DNA of 64,000 nucleotides from an uncultured delta proteobacterium (GCA_963845515.1 CAWJSR010000023.1:1-64000), one strand, 5' to 3'; counted from the stretch's first letter, positions 22,374 to 33,439 are shown. The notes: generated by a model from the sequence alone, not told the origin. Program-made: numbers and translations.

Positions 22374-23052
22374 CTACACCGATCCGCGCAGGCAGGTGAG
22401 CCCAGCCCCGCGCGCGAGGTCGACCGAGGTGGGCTCGCAGCGTGTCGCGAAAGGCGCGGGGGCTCACGGCGCGCGGGCGTGGACCGACGAGGAGCCGCAG
22501 CCGCGGGCCGAGCGCGGCCCGCTCCGGGGGCGGGAGGTTCCTGAGCCAGGACGAGAGGATCCGCGCGTCGGCCGCGGCGATGGCCGCCTCGACGCGCGCG
22601 AGCGGGTCGCCGGGCCCCTTCCCGCCGTCCGCCAGCGCGCGCCACGCATCGCGGTACCCGTCACGGTGCGGTTCCGGCGCCGTGCGCCCCGCCTCCTCCA
22701 GCAGCGCGCGCGCCGCATCGAGCCGGGCGGCGGCCGCGGCCTCGGCGGCCGGCGGAGGAGGGGAGTCGCCGACCCGGTCCTGGCGGTAGGCGTGCCATTC
22801 GTCCTCGACGGCGAACCTCAGGGCCCGGATGGATCGCGGGAGCGGGGCGCCGGGCGGGTTGCGGTCGGCCAGCGACTCGAGGCCGCGCCTCAGCCCGCGG
22901 CAGACGACCGCCACGGGGAGGCCGCGCCGTTCCCATTCGGCCACCAGCTCCTGGTCGAGCGGCGAGATCATCAGCCCCGCGCCGCGCAGGCCGAGGAAGT
23001 ACTCGGCCACGACGGCCTGGTAGGAGAGGGCGCCGGAGGGGAGGTCGGACAT
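22374..23052 (-). CDS. Hypothetical protein with DnaD-like N-terminal signature (frameshift ~22425)
   Basis: ISPLDQELVAEWERRGLPVAVVCRGL; removing one base gives the end VDLARGAGLTCLRGSV* at 22374. Confidence 0.65.
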
Positions 23053-23129
23053 CTACGTGGGAGTGTAAGGCCTCCCCCCGACGAACACGCCCCTTTCGGG
23101 ACTCCGGCCAGGTGCTACAATCCGCCGCC

Positions 23130-23493
23130 ATGAGCCGCGTGAAGAGCCTGACGCACAAGGGGGTTCCAGTCATCCACGTCGACCTCGAGCAACCTGAAGC
23201 CCGGGGAGTTCGCGCCGGTGTTCGCGGAGGCGATGAAGCTGCTGGGCCCCGCGCCGCTCAAGTCTGCCCGCGTCGTCACCGACGTCAATGGGGCGCGGTT
23301 CGACCCCACGACGATCTCCGAGTTCGAGCGGTTCGTCCGCGAGGCGACGCCTCACTGCGCCGCCAACGCCGTGCTCGGCGTGAGCGGAATGCAGCGCGTC
23401 GCGTGGGTCGGGCTCAAGCAGTTCTTCAGGTGCCCCGCGGAGCTGCACGACACGCTCGCCGCCGGCAAGGACTGGGTCGCTACCTACAAGTAG
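23130..23493 (+). CDS. Small STAS/SpoIIAA-like hypothetical protein (frameshift ~23190)
   Basis: MSRVKSLTHKGVPVIHVDL joins ..VVTDVNGARF..TLAAGKDWV; codon bias is consistent. Confidence 0.6.
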
Positions 23494-23529
23494 CGCCTCC
23501 CGGCGCAGCGAGCGGATCGGCGCTCGCTC

Positions 23530-25645
23530 CTAGGCGACGGCGATGACCCTGGCGCGGGTGAGCGCCCACTCCTCCAGCGCATCGACCGGCATCGGCCGTG
23601 CCAGGTGGAACCCCTGCGCGAGCCCGCAGCGGAGCGCCTGCGACGCGCTCGGCCTGCGCCTCGTCCTCGACCCCCTCGGCGACGACGTCGAAGCCCAGGC
23701 TCTCCGCGATGGAGACGATCGCCTTGATCACCTCCTCGCTCTCGGCGTGAGCGGGCAGTCTGCAGACGAACGACCGATCGATCTTCACCGCGGTGATCGG
23801 GAAGCGGTGGAGGTAGCTGAGCGACGAGTAGCCCGTGCCGAAGTCGTCGACGTGGATCTGGATGCCCAGGTCGCGCAGCTGTGCCAGCGTCGCGGCCGAC
23901 GCGGCGACGTCGTCCATGATCACGCTCTCCGTGATCTCGACGGCGAGCTGCCGCGGGTCGATCGCCTCCTGCCGCACGATGCGCTGGATGGTGTCGACCA
24001 GCTCGGGCTGACGGAACTGGCGCCCCGAGACGTCGACGCTCATCGTGACCTGCCCCAGCACGGCGGCGCGGCCTCGCCACGCCTGCAGCTGGGCGCAGGC
24101 CGTCCGGAGCGCCCAGTCGCCGAGCGGCACGATGGTCCCGCTCTCCTCGGCCAGCGAGACGAACTGCGCGGCCTCGAGCAGGCCGCGCCGCGGGTGGCGC
24201 CAGCGGAGGAGCGCCTCCAGCCCGACGAGCCGCCGGCTCGGGAGCGCGAAGATGGGCTGGTAGTGGAGGAGGAACTCGTCGCAGCGCTCGACCGCCTTGC
24301 GGAGGTCGGCCTCCAGCTCCAGCCGGTCGACCACGTCGCCGTGCATGGCGGCGTCGAAGACCACTGCGCAGGCCTTCCCCTTCTGCTTCGCCTGGTACAT
24401 CGCGATGTCGGCGTCGCGCAGGAGCTGCTCGGGCCGCTCGTGCTCGGGGCGCCCCAGCGCGACGCCGATGGAGGTCGTCACGAAGACCTCGTGACCATCG
24501 ATGGAGAGGCTGTGCCCCAGCGAGGCCAGGATGCGGTCGGCCACGAGGAGGACGTCGTCCGGATCGGTGATCTCGTCGAGGATGACGCCGAACTCGTCGC
24601 CGCCCAGCCGGGCGACGGTGTCGCCGGGACGGAGGCACGTCTCGATCACCCTGCCCACTGCGACCAGGAGGTGGTCGCCGATGAGGTGACCGAGGGTGTC
24701 GTTGATGACCTTGAACCGATCCAGGTCGAGGAAGAGGACGGCGAAGCGCTGCCCGGGGTGGCGGCGCGCCCCGTCGATCACGTGCTGCAGGCGATCGAGG
24801 AGGAGCGCGCGGTTGGGCAGCCCGGTGAGGGCGTCGTGGAACGCGTCGTGGAGGAGGCGCGCCTCGGCGTTCCTGCGCTCCTCGATCTCCCCCTGCAGCG
24901 CGGCATAGCCCGCGCGGAGCCCCGCGCTCATCTGGTTGAAGTGCTCGGCCAGCTCGCCGAACTCGTTCCGTTCCCTCACCGGGATCGAGAAGCCCAGCTC
25001 GCCGGCCGCGATGGCGCGCGTGGCGCGCACCAGCTCCTCGATGGGGCGGGTGATGGAGTTGGTGAGCCGTACGGCGATGGCGAGCGCCGCCACCAACGTG
25101 ACGAGGATGCTGATCGTGAGGATCATCCGCGCCTGGTCGAAGCGGTGCATGGCCGCCGCCGTGATCTCGTCGACCCGCCTGGTGGCCTCGAACGCCATCT
25201 CCTCCGTGGTCCTCAGGAGCTCGTCGCCGAGGGTCGAGGCGTCCGCCTCCAGCGTGGCGATCCGCGCCAGGTTGGCCGAGGCGGTGATGTAGAAGCTGAG
25301 CGCGACCTGGTAGTCGCCGATCAGGTGCTGGATCCGCTCGATCCTCCGGGAGATCTCCGGGGTGTGGTGGCAGCCGGAGCAGCGCGCGGCCGCCTCCTCC
25401 ACGTCGGCGACGTTGTCGGTGATGACGTCCGCGCCCTTCGCCAGCGGGGTGCGCGCGGTGTAGAGGTTCGACCGCGCCGCCTGGATGGTGACGACCAGGT
25501 GCTTGCGCATCTCCTCGATGCGGTGGAGGGCGGTGAGGTGCGTCACCTCCCCGATGGTCGACGAGATGTAATACACGGCCAGCGCCGCGCCGGTGGTGGA
25601 GAGCGCGAACAGCACCAGGAGGGAGAGGAGGATCTTCCTGCGCAC
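23530..25645 (-). CDS. Membrane HAMP-GGDEF-EAL protein with extracytoplasmic CxxCH (frameshift near C-terminus)
   Basis: Two TM segments, CSGCH, HAMP, DALTGLPNR, RLGGDEF, LEALLRW, DDFGTGYSS, AEGVE; corrected stop at 23530. Confidence 0.9.
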
Positions 25646-25662
25646 GGTCCGTTCGCCCCCTC

Positions 25663-26568
25663 CTACTGGTTCCGGTAGTCGTACGCCTTCAGGTCGAGCC
25701 CGGCCTCGCGCGCCAGGTCGATGACCGGCAGGTAGTCCTCGGCGGTGGTCTCGATGAACCGGAGGGCGCCGAACTGCGCGAGCACCTCGGCGCCGCCCTC
25801 TTCGTTCTCGAGCTCGATCAGCGCCTTCTTGAGCGAGGCCTGGAGCACCAGGTTCATGTCGCGCCGGACGCAGAGGCCGTTGGACGGGACCGGCGGCGAC
25901 TCGGCGATGATCAGCAGCTCGCGGTCGACGGCCGGGTTCTCCTTGCGGATCCGGTCGTAGACGCTGTGCTTCGCCGCACCGGCGTCCGCCTTGCCCTCGA
26001 GCACGGCGGCGATGGCTGCGTCGTGGCTGCCGGTGAAGTAGTACTCGCCGAAGAAGCCGTCGGGCGACCTGATGCCGGCCTTGCGCAGGACCGCCAGCGG
26101 GAAGACGTACCCGGCGGTGGTGGCCCGGTCGACGAACGCCATGCGCTTGCCGCGCAGCTGCTTCACGTTCCGGATCTGCGAGTCGGCGCGGACGAAGAGG
26201 TGACCGTGGTACGTCGACGAGCCGTCGAGGTTGACCGGCCGCGCCAGGGGGATCACGCCGAGCTTCTCGAGGGCGAGCGCGCCGGTGAAGGAGCCGAAGA
26301 AGGCGCCGTCCATCCGCTCCGTCTGGAAGCTCTCGATGATGTTCCCGTAGCGGGAGAGGATCGTGAACTCGACGGGGACGCCGACCTTGCGCGAGAGGTA
26401 CTCGCCGAGCAGCTGAAAGCGCGCCTTCTGCTTGAAGATGTTCAGCTCCGGGATCAGGCCGATCAGGATCCGCGGCCTCGGGGAGGGCTGCTGCGCGAGT
26501 GCGGTCAGGGGGAGCCCTAGGAGGAGCCCGAGGGCGAGGGCCAGCACCATCCGACGAGACATGCGCAT
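25663..26568 (-). CDS. PhnD/PtxB-like phosphate/phosphonate substrate-binding protein
   Basis: Signal peptide; AFVDRATTAGYVFP; FTGSHDAAIAAV. Confidence 0.88.
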   Translation of the reverse strand: MRMSRRMVLALALGLLLGLPLTALAQQPSPRPRILIGLIPELNIFKQKARFQLLGEYLSRKVGVPVEFTILSRYGNIIESFQTERMDGAFFGSFTGALALEKLGVIPLARPVNLDGSSTYHGHLFVRADSQIRNVKQLRGKRMAFVDRATTAGYVFPLAVLRKAGIRSPDGFFGEYYFTGSHDAAIAAVLEGKADAGAAKHSVYDRIRKENPAVDRELLIIAESPPVPSNGLCVRRDMNLVLQASLKKALIELENEEGGAEVLAQFGALRFIETTAEDYLPVIDLAREAGLDLKAYDYRNQ

Positions 26569-26659
26569 CCCTTCACTCGAGAGGCGCCCATGATACGCGA
26601 TGGGGTGCCGCCCAGGAATAGAGCGGGGAGTCAGGCGCGCGCGCGGGCGCCGCTCACGC

Positions 26660-27748
26660 TCAGCTCAGTGAGAGCGCCGCGAGGACTTCCTCGGCCGAGC
26701 GAAACCGCCGCGCCGGCTCCTTCTCGAGCAGCCGGTCGACTATCCGGGCCAGCCCCGGCTCGGCGTCGGGATTCACCGCGGCCAGCGGAGGGGCGCGCTC
26801 GCTGAGGATCTCCCTCCAGAGCTCGGCGGGGTCCTGAGCCATGAAGGGCGGTCGGGCGGCCAGCAGCTCGTAGAGGATGACGCCCAGGCTGTAGAGGTCG
26901 CTCCGCTCGTCGACGAGCTTCCCCTGGACCTGCTCGGGCGACATGTAGCGGTACGTGCCGACGATCTTCCCGGTCCCGGTGAGCGTCGCCTCGCTCGAGT
27001 CGAGCGGCTTCACCAGGCCGAAGTCCATGATCCGCGCGCGCCGCTGGTCGTCGACCATGATGTTGGTCGGCTTGAGGTCGCGGTGCACGAGCCCGCGGCG
27101 GTGGACGTAGCCCAGCGCCGCGAGGACCTGCGAGAAGGCCGCGGTGAGCCGCCGGATGCGCGCGGGCCGGTTCAGGACCGCCGACGCCTCGGGAGGGAGC
27201 GGGAGCCGGCCGCACGGAGGGCCGCCGCTCTTGTGGAGGGACGGCGCGTGGAAGTCGCGCTCCGGCTGCGTGTCCGGCTCGTCGAGCATCTGCGCCAGCG
27301 CCCGCAGCGCTTCGGGACCCGGGACCGCCGAGGACGCGCTGGAGGCGCTGGGGCTGGCCGACGCAGTGACGCTGGGACCGGAGGCCGACGGCGCGTCACG
27401 CTCGATCTCGCAGTCGAGCCGGACGAGCGGCTCGTCGTCGTCGAGCGTGGGGGAGAGCCAGGTGCGCAGATCCAGCCCCTCGACCAGCTCCATCGCAAGC
27501 CACGACCACCCCTCGTGTACGCCGGTGTCGTAGACGCGGACGACGTTCGGGTGATCGAGCCCCCGAAGCACCTCGAACTCTCGCGCCAGCCGCCGCGCCG
27601 AGTTGCCATCCGTCACTGGCGCAGGCCCCAGCACCTTCACGGCGGCAGCCCGGCCGCTCTTGCGGTGCCTGGCGCGGTAGACGGTTCCCACCCCTCCCCG
27701 GCCGAGGACGGACTGGATCATCCACGGACCTATGGCTCGCGGGGGCAT
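26660..27748 (-). CDS. Hanks-type Ser/Thr protein kinase
   Basis: LGRGGVGTVY, AVK, HRDLKPTN, DFG, GTYRYMSPE, DLYSLG. Confidence 0.93.
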   Translation of the reverse strand: MPPRAIGPWMIQSVLGRGGVGTVYRARHRKSGRAAAVKVLGPAPVTDGNSARRLAREFEVLRGLDHPNVVRVYDTGVHEGWSWLAMELVEGLDLRTWLSPTLDDDEPLVRLDCEIERDAPSASGPSVTASASPSASSASSAVPGPEALRALAQMLDEPDTQPERDFHAPSLHKSGGPPCGRLPLPPEASAVLNRPARIRRLTAAFSQVLAALGYVHRRGLVHRDLKPTNIMVDDQRRARIMDFGLVKPLDSSEATLTGTGKIVGTYRYMSPEQVQGKLVDERSDLYSLGVILYELLAARPPFMAQDPAELWREILSERAPPLAAVNPDAEPGLARIVDRLLEKEPARRFRSAEEVLAALSLS

Positions 27749-27854
27749 CGTCGCTCCCAGCTTAGGGCCGCTGGAAAAGGCCCGTCAAACGGCGCCCCTC
27801 CCATGGGGTAGGTCCTTGCCCCGGGAGGTGGCCCCACCGTGCTATAAGCCGCGC

Positions 27855-28616
27855 GTGACCGACTCCGCCGACATCACGGCGCTCCGCGAGCGCGTGCGCG
27901 CCCGGCAGATGCCGCGCCACGTCGCGATCATCATGGACGGAAACGGGCGCTGGGCCGAGGCCCGCGGGCTTCCACGCGTCGAGGGGCACCGGGCCGGTGC
28001 AGCGGCCGTCCGCGTCGTCACCGAGGAGGCGCGTCGCGTCGGCCTCGCTGCGCTGACCCTCTACGCCTTCTCGATGCAGAACTGGCAGCGCCCTCGGGAA
28101 GAGGTCGACGCGCTGATGCTCCTGCTCGGCGAGTTCCTGGAGGCCGAGCGCGAGACGATGCTCCGCAACGGGATCCGGTTCAACGTCATCGGGGAGACCT
28201 CCCTCCTCCCGGAGCCGCTGCAGGCCCGCATCGCGGCGGTGATGGCCGCCACCGCGGGAGGGGACCGGATGACGCTCACGCTCGCCCTCTCCTACGGCGG
28301 GCGCGAGGAGCTGGTCAACGCCGCGCGCGTGGCGGCGGCGCGAAAGGGTGGAGCGCTCGCGGCGGAGGATCTCGAGGCGGCGCTCTGGACCGCTGGGCTC
28401 CCGGAGCTCGACCTGCTCGTTCGCACGAGCGGCGAGCACCGGATCTCCAACTTCCTCCTCTGGCAGAGCGCCTACTCGGAGATCCTGTTCACCGAAACCC
28501 ACTGGCCCGACTTCGGCGAGCGCGAGCTGCTCTCCGCGATCGAGGACTACCAGGGACGCGAGCGCCGCTTCGGCCTCACGAGCGCCCAGCTGGCCGATCC
28601 CGGCCAGTCGGCGTGA
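27855..28616 (+). CDS. uppS: Undecaprenyl diphosphate synthase
   Basis: PRHVAIIMDGNGRWA, LYAFS.QNWQRP, RTSGEHRISNFLLWQ; GTG start inferred. Confidence 0.96.
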   Translation: MTDSADITALRERVRARQMPRHVAIIMDGNGRWAEARGLPRVEGHRAGAAAVRVVTEEARRVGLAALTLYAFSMQNWQRPREEVDALMLLLGEFLEAERETMLRNGIRFNVIGETSLLPEPLQARIAAVMAATAGGDRMTLTLALSYGGREELVNAARVAAARKGGALAAEDLEAALWTAGLPELDLLVRTSGEHRISNFLLWQSAYSEILFTETHWPDFGERELLSAIEDYQGRERRFGLTSAQLADPGQSA

Positions 28617-28636
28617 ACCCACCGAGGAGCCAGGCG

Positions 28637-29474
28637 ATGGACGCCCAGCGTTGGAAGAGCTTGCAGGAGCGCGTGGCGTCGGCCGCGATCCTGGTGCCCA
28701 TCGTCCTCGCGATGACGTGGCTGGGCGGGTGGCCGTTCGCGGCCCTGGTGGCGGTGGGCGCGGGCGTCGCGGCGAGCGAGCTCGTGCTCATGTTCGCGTC
28801 GCTCGGCGTCGCGGAGCTCCTGGGCGTCGCGGTGGCGGCCGCGATCCCGCTCGCCGCGCAGGCCGCGAGTGGCGGGGAGCTGCTCCCCGGGTGGGCGCCG
28901 CTCGCGCTCGGCGGCGCCGCCATCGCGCTGCTCTCGGCGCTCCTCTTCCGGCGGAAGGAGCTCGAGTACCTGCCGCGCAGCGCGGGGGCGGTGGTGCTCT
29001 CCTGGCTCTGGGTGGGGCTCCTCGCGGCCGCGGTGGTCAGGTTGCGCGCGCTCGACGGCGGTGGCCGTGCTGGCGTCGGCTGGGTCGTCATGGCGTTCGC
29101 GGTGACGTGGGGCAACGACACCTTCGCCTACTTCTCCGGGCTCGCGTTCGGGAAGCACCGGCTCTACGAGCGGATCTCCCCGAAGAAGAGCTGGGAGGGG
29201 GCCGTGGGCGGCGTCGCCGGCGCCCTCGTCGGAGCCTTCCTCGTCCGGACGCTCCTCCTCCCGGATCTCGGCGTCGCGACCACGCTGGCCGCTGGCGCTC
29301 GGTGGCTCGGTCCTCGGCCCGCTCGGCGACCTCTCCGAGTCGATGGTGAAGCGCGCCGCTGGCGTGAAGGACTCCGGGAAGCTCATCCCCGGCCACGGCG
29401 GCGTGCTCGACCGGATCGACGCGCTCCTCTTCGTCGCGCCGTGGGTCTACGCGTGCGCGCTCTTCCTGCGGTGA
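28637..29474 (+). CDS. cdsA: Phosphatidate cytidylyltransferase (frameshift ~29300)
   Basis: [15 protein letters not shown], then in the shifted frame [26 protein letters not shown]. Confidence 0.92.
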
Positions 29475-29492
29475 GCCGGCGGCTGCACTGAC

Positions 29493-31484
29493 ATGGCGCG
29501 CGGCAAGGGCAGGAGCGGGAAGACCACCGATCGGGGCGCCGGCGTACGGGGCACGGGCGGCCCCGCCCGGCTCGGCCCCGGCGACGTCGTCGACGACCGC
29601 TACCGGATAGAGGGGCTCCTCGGCGAAGGCGGCATGGGCTCCGTCTTCGTCGCGCGCCACGTCCACATCGGGCGGAAGGTGGCGATCAAGGTCCTGCACG
29701 CCGAGCACTACAGCGCGGACGACCGGGAGCGGTTCCGGCGGGAGGCCGCCGTCGCGGTCCAGCTCAGGTCGCCACACGTGGTCGAGGTGCTCGACTTCGG
29801 CGAGGACCCGCGCGGCCACGCGTACTACGCGATGGAGCTGCTGGAGGGGGAGTCGCTGCGGTCGCTCCTGGAGCGGGAGCGGCGCCTGTCCCCGGAGCGG
29901 GCGGTCCGGCTCCTGCGCCAGCTCCTCACCGGCCTCGTGGCGGCCCACCACGCCGGCGTCGTCCACCGCGACCTGAAGCCGGAGAACCTCTGGCTGGTCG
30001 GCGAGCGGGGCGGAGCAGCGGCTCAAGATCCTCGACTTCGGCATCGCCAAGTTCCTGCAGCCGGGCGCCAACCTGGACCAGACCATGGTCGGGCACGGTG
30101 GTCGGCACGCCCGAGTACCTCGCGCCGGAGCAGGCGGTCGGCGGATCGGTCGACGCGCGCGCCGACCTCTACGCGGCCGGGATCCTCGCCTTCGTCCTGC
30201 TCACCGGCCGCCACCCGTTCGACACCACCGACGTCCGGACGCTCACGCGCGCCCACGCGTTCCAGAAGGTGCCGAGCCCGACCACCGTGTCCCCCGAGCT
30301 GGCCGCGTGGCCGAAGCTCCTCGACTTCGTCGCGCTCGCGACGCAGAAGGATCGCGACGAGCGCGCCCAGAGCGCGGAGGAGCTGCTCGAGCTGCTCGAT
30401 GGCGCCGAGCACGCCGAGCACCTCGCCACCGCCGTGGACGCCGCGGCCACCCGGAAGAGCATCACCGGCGGCGCGGTCCTGGTCGGGAAGCGGCCCGGCG
30501 TCCAACCTCACCCTCGTGCTCGCACGGATCGACGGCTGGGAGGATCTCGCCGCCAGCGACGCCGAGCGGGCGAGGGTCCTGGCCGATCACGACGCGGTGG
30601 CGCTCCCGGCCATCGGCGTCTTCCAGGGGCGGAGGCTCCGGTCGGCCGACGACGCGCTCCTGCTCGCGTTCACGTCGCCGACCGACGCCGTCCACTGCGC
30701 GGCAGCGCTGCACGACCGGTTCGCGAAGACGCCCGTGGCGTGCGGCGGCCACCCGATGGAGCTCCGGATCGGGATCCACCAGGCGGAGGTCCGCTTCGAG
30801 GGGAACGAGCTGAACGGTCCGCAGCTGGAGGCGCTGCGCTCGGTCCAGGAGTCCGCGGCGCCGGGCGAGGTCTGGCTCTCCCGCACCGTCTTCCTCACCA
30901 TGAGCCGGAGCGAGGTGGCGCTCGAGCAGATGGGCGCCTGGCCACTCGAGGGGCTCCCCGAGCTGGCGCCGCTCTACCGGGTCGTCCGCCTGCCTGGCGA
31001 CCTGCCGTACGGCGGGCACCACCTCGCCCGGGTGGAGCGCGGGAGCCGCTTGTCGCGCGGCCTCTTCGCGCCGTTCGCCTCGGCGCTCGCCAGCATCGAG
31101 ACGGCCGGGTCCAACGAGGGGCGCGGCCGTGCCGCGCTGCGCGTGACGGTCGCGGGGCTCTCCATCGCGCTGATCGGCGCCGTCTGGGCCCTCGCCTGGA
31201 TCGCGGAGGTGCTCGTCGCGCTCGTCTCCTGGCTCGGCTGGGCGAAGCGGCCTGTCCCGCGCCCGCTGGTGCGCACGCGCGAGTGGCTCGCGTGGTCCCG
31301 CGCGCGGCTCGGCGAGCGGATGACGCTCCGCCAGCTCGCGATGCACCGTCCCGGGAGGATCGGCAAGGGCGTCACGGGACTGACCGGGCCGGTGCAGAAG
31401 GCGGTGCGGGAGGAGGAGCACGAGGTCGAGGAGATCGACGTGGAGGACGTGGACGATGACGTCGACCAGGACCCGAAGGGCTGA
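29493..31484 (+). CDS. Ser/Thr kinase fused to a degenerate class III cyclase-like domain and TM segment (frameshifts ~30015, ~30095, ~30490)
   Basis: [27 protein letters not shown]; then [41 protein letters not shown]. Confidence 0.85.
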   Translation: MARGKGRSGKTTDRGAGVRGTGGPARLGPGDVVDDRYRIEGLLGEGGMGSVFVARHVHIGRKVAIKVLHAEHYSADDRERFRREAAVAVQLRSPHVVEVLDFGEDPRGHAYYAMELLEGESLRSLLERERRLSPERAVRLLRQLLTGLVAAHHAGVVHRDLKPENLWLVGERGGAAAQDPRLRHRQVPAAGRQPGPDHGRARWSARPSTSRRSRRSADRSTRAPTSTRPGSSPSSCSPAATRSTPPTSGRSRAPTRSRRCRARPPCPPSWPRGRSSSTSSRSRRRRIATSAPRARRSCSSCSMAPSTPSTSPPPWTPRPPGRASPAARSWSGSGPASNLTLVLARIDGWEDLAASDAERARVLADHDAVALPAIGVFQGRRLRSADDALLLAFTSPTDAVHCAAALHDRFAKTPVACGGHPMELRIGIHQAEVRFEGNELNGPQLEALRSVQESAAPGEVWLSRTVFLTMSRSEVALEQMGAWPLEGLPELAPLYRVVRLPGDLPYGGHHLARVERGSRLSRGLFAPFASALASIETAGSNEGRGRAALRVTVAGLSIALIGAVWALAWIAEVLVALVSWLGWAKRPVPRPLVRTREWLAWSRARLGERMTLRQLAMHRPGRIGKGVTGLTGPVQKAVREEEHEVEEIDVEDVDDDVDQDPKG

Positions 31485-31524
31485 CCGTGCGAAGCGCCGC
31501 CGGGCGGGTGATAGACTACATGTC

Positions 31525-32082
31525 ATGGTGCGTCCGCTCGGAGCAGTGATCGTCCTTGCAGCCCTCGCGGGTTGTGCCACCCCCACCGGCTACCAGCGCC
31601 TGGGCGTCGACGGCGGCTACGAGGACTTCCCCAGGGACGCCACCACCTACGTCGTCTCGTACAGGGGGAACGCGGCCACGACGCGTGAGCGTGTCGCGAT
31701 GTACCTCCATTACCGCTGTGCCGAGCTTACGGTCGCGAGCGGCCAGGAGTTCTTCACGGTCCTGGCGACCGAGAGCCAGGATCGCACCGAGCAGTGGAGC
31801 ACGCCGGGGTACGCGACCAGCTCGACGACCGGCACCCCCTACGGCGGCAGGTACCCGTACGGTGGCAGCCGTGAGCGGACCACGACCTACACGCCGCCCC
31901 AGACCATGACGTCCGTGAGGCCGGGGCTGACGGCGACGATCCGCATGTCCTCCGGCACGAAGCCGGAGGGCGCCTTCGACGCCCGCGAGGTGATGCGGCT
32001 GCTGGGGCCACGCATCGGCGTGGCGCCGCCGGCACAGCCGGCGCCTACGACGCTCCCTCACCCTGTCCCTCTCCCTCAGTGA
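31525..32082 (+). CDS. Lipoprotein (CC0125/CC1285-like)
   Basis: LAGC lipobox, ATPTGYQ..GGY, VSYRGN, RCAELT. Confidence 0.75.
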   Translation: MVRPLGAVIVLAALAGCATPTGYQRLGVDGGYEDFPRDATTYVVSYRGNAATTRERVAMYLHYRCAELTVASGQEFFTVLATESQDRTEQWSTPGYATSSTTGTPYGGRYPYGGSRERTTTYTPPQTMTSVRPGLTATIRMSSGTKPEGAFDAREVMRLLGPRIGVAPPAQPAPTTLPHPVPLPQ

Positions 32083-32096
32083 GGTAGAGGGGAGGG
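32055..32096. repeat. REP-like palindromic element, copy 3 (overlaps lipoprotein 3' end)
   Basis: CCCTCACCC-TGT-CCCTCTCCCTCA-G-TGAGGTAGAGGGGAGGG; translated as PHPVPLPQ*. Confidence 0.75.
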
Positions 32097-32106
32097 TTTC
32101 CTTGGG

Positions 32107-33336
32107 CTACTTCTCCAGCCGCTCCAGCGTCCTGCGCGCGACGTCCCCCGCCGTGCAGTAGCCGTCGGCGCCCAGCGCCCGCTTGAACCTGCCGAGCGCG
32201 GTCGGCGGCTCGGGGGCGGGCGGGTCCTTCTCGGAGATCAACTTCAGCGCAGGGATCCCCTTCTTCGTCTCCGCGACCGCCAGCGCGCGGGCGGCGAAGA
32301 GGCGCCGCTCGCAGGTGGTCGAGCCCCCCTGCTCGGCGAGGAGCTCCAGGGCGCCGGAGTGGTCGCTCGCGGCGGCGCGCGCCAGCAGGTCGAAGCCGCG
32401 GACCAGGTTCACGGGGCGCCCGGCGTCGGCGCGGGCGATCTCCAGCATCCCGCGCAGCCATGCGACGCGGGGGTCGTCCTCGGGGAGCTCGCGCGCCTCC
32501 GCGTCGATCGCCGCCGCCGCCTCCTCGAAGCGCTCGCGGGCGATCAGCCGCTCGGGCGAACGGGAGAAGAGCCAGAGCGCCGCCCACACCGCCGCCGCGA
32601 GGACGGCGACGATGACGATCGCGCGGACGAGGAACGAGTCCTGGAAGCGCCCCATCCTGACGGCGAGCCTCTCCAGACCGCCCTCCGGCGAGTCGAGGCG
32701 CGCGAGCGACAGCGGATCCACCGGCTTGAGGCCGCGGACGCGCGTGAGCGCCGCGTTCCCGTAAGGGGGCTCGGCGACCTTGTCGATCGGGACCCCCGGC
32801 GGCGTGTCCAGCGCGGCGGGGGTGATGCGGAACATCCGCACCGGCTCGGCGATCCCGCGGAGCGTGCGCGAGCCGATCTCCTCGACGGGGACCTCGTCCC
32901 GGTCGGCGGTGAGCCAGGCCGCCTCGGAGAGCCAGATCTCGCCCGCGGTCGCCTCGCGCTCGATGCGCGCGGCCAGGTTCACCGCCTCGCCGTAGACGTC
33001 CTGCGCACCCATGGCGCGGACCAGCGTCACCTCTCCGAGCGTCACCGCGATCCGGACCTCTATCCGGCGGTCCTGCTCGACGCGCCGGTTGTAGTCCCAG
33101 AGCCGATCCTGGATCGCCATCCCGCAGAGGAGCGCGCGCGTCGAGGAGGAGAAGAGGACCAGGTAGGCGTCGCCGATGCTCTTCACGCGGTGGCCGCGGA
33201 AGACGCGCAGCACGGGGGCGAGCAGCGCGTCGTGCAGCGCGACCATGCGCGCGTTCTCGTCGCGGGTCTGGCGCGCGGTCGCGGCGGTGAAGCCCTGCAT
33301 GTCGGTCAGCATGACCGCGAGGTTCTCTGAGCGCAT
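32107..33336 (-). CDS. Class III adenylate/guanylate cyclase with TM and C-terminal helical domain
   Basis: TDMQGFT, KSIGDA, DVYGEAVNLAARIE; catalytic residues intact. Confidence 0.9.
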   Translation of the reverse strand: MRSENLAVMLTDMQGFTAATARQTRDENARMVALHDALLAPVLRVFRGHRVKSIGDAYLVLFSSSTRALLCGMAIQDRLWDYNRRVEQDRRIEVRIAVTLGEVTLVRAMGAQDVYGEAVNLAARIEREATAGEIWLSEAAWLTADRDEVPVEEIGSRTLRGIAEPVRMFRITPAALDTPPGVPIDKVAEPPYGNAALTRVRGLKPVDPLSLARLDSPEGGLERLAVRMGRFQDSFLVRAIVIVAVLAAAVWAALWLFSRSPERLIARERFEEAAAAIDAEARELPEDDPRVAWLRGMLEIARADAGRPVNLVRGFDLLARAAASDHSGALELLAEQGGSTTCERRLFAARALAVAETKKGIPALKLISEKDPPAPEPPTALGRFKRALGADGYCTAGDVARRTLERLEK

Positions 33337-33439
33337 CCGCCGCCGAGGATGCACGCGCTGGCGGGCCGGTCAAGCTGGCAGTGGCGCCGGGGGTCGGGTT
33401 CCCGCGTGTGTGCTCGCGTGTGTGCTATGGATCGCCCCC

